DNA from: a virus
Taxonomy: Duplodnaviria; Caudoviricetes
Direction: 5' to 3' (one strand)
Length of the DNA stretch: 27,299 bases
IMG/VR virus record: IMGVR_UViG_3300036940_000134
Location: 1 to 27,299 of that record
The position numbers and the translations under genes were made by a program. Each line of letters opens with the position of its first letter. Positions within the stretch are counted from its first letter, which is position 1. The notes under the pieces are model-generated. The model was not told the DNA's origin. It made no database searches and saw nothing but the letters and a program-made list of their open reading frames with translations. Below, in pieces: positions 25,206-27,299 of this stretch.

Positions 25206-25944
25206 TTATCAAGGGTTCGTTAAGACCGTACATAAGGCAAAGACAGGGGAAGTATTCGTAGTGGAGGAGTATTTAGGCATAAAATCCTCTAAACATAAAT
25301 ATAGAATTAGATTTGCTGTGAATGGAAAAGTTAAGGTTGTAGATTATAGCCAAATTAAAAATAATGCTGTAACCTTTTCATTCACAAAACCAAGAGGAAA
25401 ACCAAAACCAAAGTCAAAACCTAAAACCGCATTGCTAGATAAAAATAAGATTGAATTGTGTGGAAATGTGGGAATATTTGCATTAGATTTGGCAACTAGC
25501 AAAACGGGTTATGCAGTCTTTCATAATGTGAATTATATAGAGTCGGGAATTATATCTAAATCGAATAAGGATAAATTTATTAGAATTAATGATATGCTTA
25601 ATGAGGTTATGTTTAGGATTAAACAACATAAGGTGGATGTAGTCGTCATAGAGGATATATTCCTATCGGGACATAACAATGTAGGTGTAACGTCTTATAA
25701 AGCCTTGTCAAATATTCAAGGTGCTATTGTAGATAGATTAATAGCAGAAGGATATAAATATCATCTTACCATGCCCAATGAATGGAGATCGGTATTTTTC
25801 AAAGGTAAACATAATAGAGAACAGAGTAAAATCATGGCTATTGAATATGTTAGAGATGTGATGGGGATGGAAGTTTCTTCCGATGAAGCCGAAGCGATAC
25901 TTATTGGCATGAGCCATTTAAAGAAATATTGTAAAATTGATTGA
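25195..25944 (+). CDS. RuvC-like Holliday junction resolvase with an extra N-terminal domain
   Basis: ALDLATSKTGYAVF, VVIEDI, LSNIQGAI, PNEWR, K..AIEYV, SDEAEAILIG; about 85-aa N-terminal extension with a KP-rich linker. Confidence 0.85.
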   Translation: MAINYQGFVKTVHKAKTGEVFVVEEYLGIKSSKHKYRIRFAVNGKVKVVDYSQIKNNAVTFSFTKPRGKPKPKSKPKTALLDKNKIELCGNVGIFALDLATSKTGYAVFHNVNYIESGIISKSNKDKFIRINDMLNEVMFRIKQHKVDVVVIEDIFLSGHNNVGVTSYKALSNIQGAIVDRLIAEGYKYHLTMPNEWRSVFFKGKHNREQSKIMAIEYVRDVMGMEVSSDEAEAILIGMSHLKKYCKID

Positions 25945-25969
25945 CAATATATTATAATTGTGTTATAAT
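25941..25969 (+). promoter_or_regulatory. Consensus sigma70/sigmaA promoter
   Basis: TTGACA-17 nt-TATAAT, TGTG extension. Confidence 0.8.
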
Positions 25970-26003
25970 AATTGTGTTCAGAATAATAAATATAGGAGGG
26001 GTT

Positions 26004-26663
26004 ATGTTAGAAATAAATAATACTAGAGTATATGGATTAGAGGAAAGTATAATATCAAGTGGTTATCCCATGATAGCAGAAGAAATTGGTGAATGGGATG
26101 ACTATGCTGAGGATTTCATTACAGAGAAGGATATTAAGAGAGCTATAAAGTTAGGGAATACGCCACAAGGTTCGGGACACTCAAATTATTTGAAAGGTAT
26201 TATAGTACAATTTGATGTTAAATATCCTAATTATTGGACACCAGAGTTTCAAAGATATAATTTTGCAGACATAATATCATCTACTAGCAAAATGCATAGA
26301 TTAACTAAGATGAATGTTAAAGAGATGTGTAATGAATATGTGGATGATGAGATTGTCGAGATATTAGAAAATAAAATAGATTTCTATAATGATTGGGTGG
26401 CAAATAAAGAATCTACCTTACAAGCTAATCATATCTCATTAAAAGAATGGAATGAGGAAACTAGCAGAAGATTTATGAAAATCATATCTAATACTCCTAT
26501 GGGATTAGAACAGACTATGAGAATATCAACTAATTATTTGCAACTTAGAACCATTTATAATCAACGTAGAAATCATAAATTAAAAGATTGGCGTGTATTT
26601 TGTGATTGGTGTGAAACATTACCGTACTTTAAAGAGTTTTGTCTAGGAGGTATTAATGGCTAA
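26004..26663 (+). CDS. ThyX-fold (FAD-dependent thymidylate synthase-like) phage protein
   Basis: GH..YL..I.V.FD, EFQRY...SSTSKMH, P.G...T....TNY.QLR.IY.QR. RBS AGGAGGGG before ATG 26004. The canonical RHRx7SxR motif is altered. Confidence 0.65.
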   Translation: MLEINNTRVYGLEESIISSGYPMIAEEIGEWDDYAEDFITEKDIKRAIKLGNTPQGSGHSNYLKGIIVQFDVKYPNYWTPEFQRYNFADIISSTSKMHRLTKMNVKEMCNEYVDDEIVEILENKIDFYNDWVANKESTLQANHISLKEWNEETSRRFMKIISNTPMGLEQTMRISTNYLQLRTIYNQRRNHKLKDWRVFCDWCETLPYFKEFCLGGING

Positions 26664-26991
26664 AAAGAAAGAAAAAGTGAATGTATTAGGTACGGTTTAT
26701 ACGATAAAATATAAAACCCAAGAAGAGGATTTGGCATTGCTAGAGTGTGATGGATATTGCGATTTTACCACTAAAGATATAATGGTCAAATTGTATGAAA
26801 CCGACTCTCCATTAGCCTTTAATGATATAAATTCCTATTATAGGCATGTTGTAAGGCATGAAGTAGCTCACGCATTTATGTATGAGTCGGGATTGGATGT
26901 TTGCAATGATTATGCTAGAAATGAAGAATTAATAGATTGGATAGCAATTCAGTTACCTAAACTAGCTAAGGCTGTAGAGAGATATATGTAG
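26656..26991 (+). CDS. HExxH metallopeptidase-like phage protein
   Basis: VNVLGTVYTI, DGYCD, RHEVAHAF.YESGL, NEELIDWIAIQ.PK. Confidence 0.78.
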   Translation: MAKKKEKVNVLGTVYTIKYKTQEEDLALLECDGYCDFTTKDIMVKLYETDSPLAFNDINSYYRHVVRHEVAHAFMYESGLDVCNDYARNEELIDWIAIQLPKLAKAVERYM

Positions 26992-27000
26992 GAGGTTAAG

Positions 27001-27105
27001 ATGAAGCGATATAATAAAAAGTGTAGCAAATGTGGATATATATTTGATGTGGAGGATAAAGGGGATAGAAATGCCCCTTGTCCTATATGTGGTAGTACAG
27101 AGTAA
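27001..27105 (+). CDS. Small zinc-ribbon protein (FmdB-like), 34 aa; frame continues past the TAA to 27156
   Basis: RBS AGGAGGT; MKRYNKKCSKCGYIFD...CPICGS (two CxxC). Confidence 0.6.
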   Translation: MKRYNKKCSKCGYIFDVEDKGDRNAPCPICGSTE

Positions 27106-27140
27106 AGTGATGACTTTATAAGGAAATGGAGGTTTGAAAA

Positions 27141-27299
27141 TTGTTTAAATTTTTAAGAAATATACTTACTGGAAAAAGAACTAGTATACCTTTAATTTAT
27201 ATTAGATTTAATTATAAGAAATATAAAAAAGAAGGTAAAATGGGTAGTTGCTTAGGTACTTTACATCCAGATATTAATAATGATGAGATCATAGTAGAA
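27141..27299 (+). CDS. Partial hypothetical protein (runs off the window edge)
   Basis: RBS GGAGGT, TTG start, frame MFKFLRNILTGKRTSIPLIYIRFNY... open to the end. Confidence 0.6.
   Translation, partial: MFKFLRNILTGKRTSIPLIYIRFNYKKYKKEGKMGSCLGTLHPDINNDEIIVE

Noticed and set aside
1-27299. Alternative genetic code (TGA or TAA reassigned); tRNA/rRNA genes
   Set aside because: Conserved genes end at TAA, TGA and TAG at their expected C-termini under code 11; no cloverleaf or rRNA-like sequence was seen.

Overview
This AT-rich window looks like part of a large temperate phage or phage-plasmid of a low-GC anaerobe. Transcription diverges from a putative plasmid-type origin at about 8520-8870. The origin has an AT-rich palindrome, two repeat families including five AAAGTAAAG(G)T iterons, and an adjacent Rep_3-like initiator. 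The rightward arm is a DNA-metabolism module: Bro-N/KilAC antirepressor, HU, PD-(D/E)XK Fe-S nuclease, SSB-like protein, AAA ATPase, Zn-finger protein, DnaB with a class 3 intein, primase, class II ribonucleotide reductase, a possible sigma-like protein, RuvC-like resolvase, ThyX-like protein and a HExxH protein. It carries a series of near-consensus sigma70/sigmaA promoters. The leftward arm has a KilA-N protein, small accessory ORFs, an unannotated minimal outer-membrane beta-barrel gene with one in-frame stop (pointing to a diderm host such as Fusobacteriota), a complete IS200/IS605 element (tnpA+tnpB) whose TTAC target and interrupted 55-codon gene can be rebuilt exactly, and a UvrD-like helicase with a LAGLIDADG intein. 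Several accessory genes carry single in-frame stops or are truncated, while the core replication genes are intact. No tRNA, rRNA or CRISPR array was seen. All family assignments come from motif recognition by eye, not from database searches.
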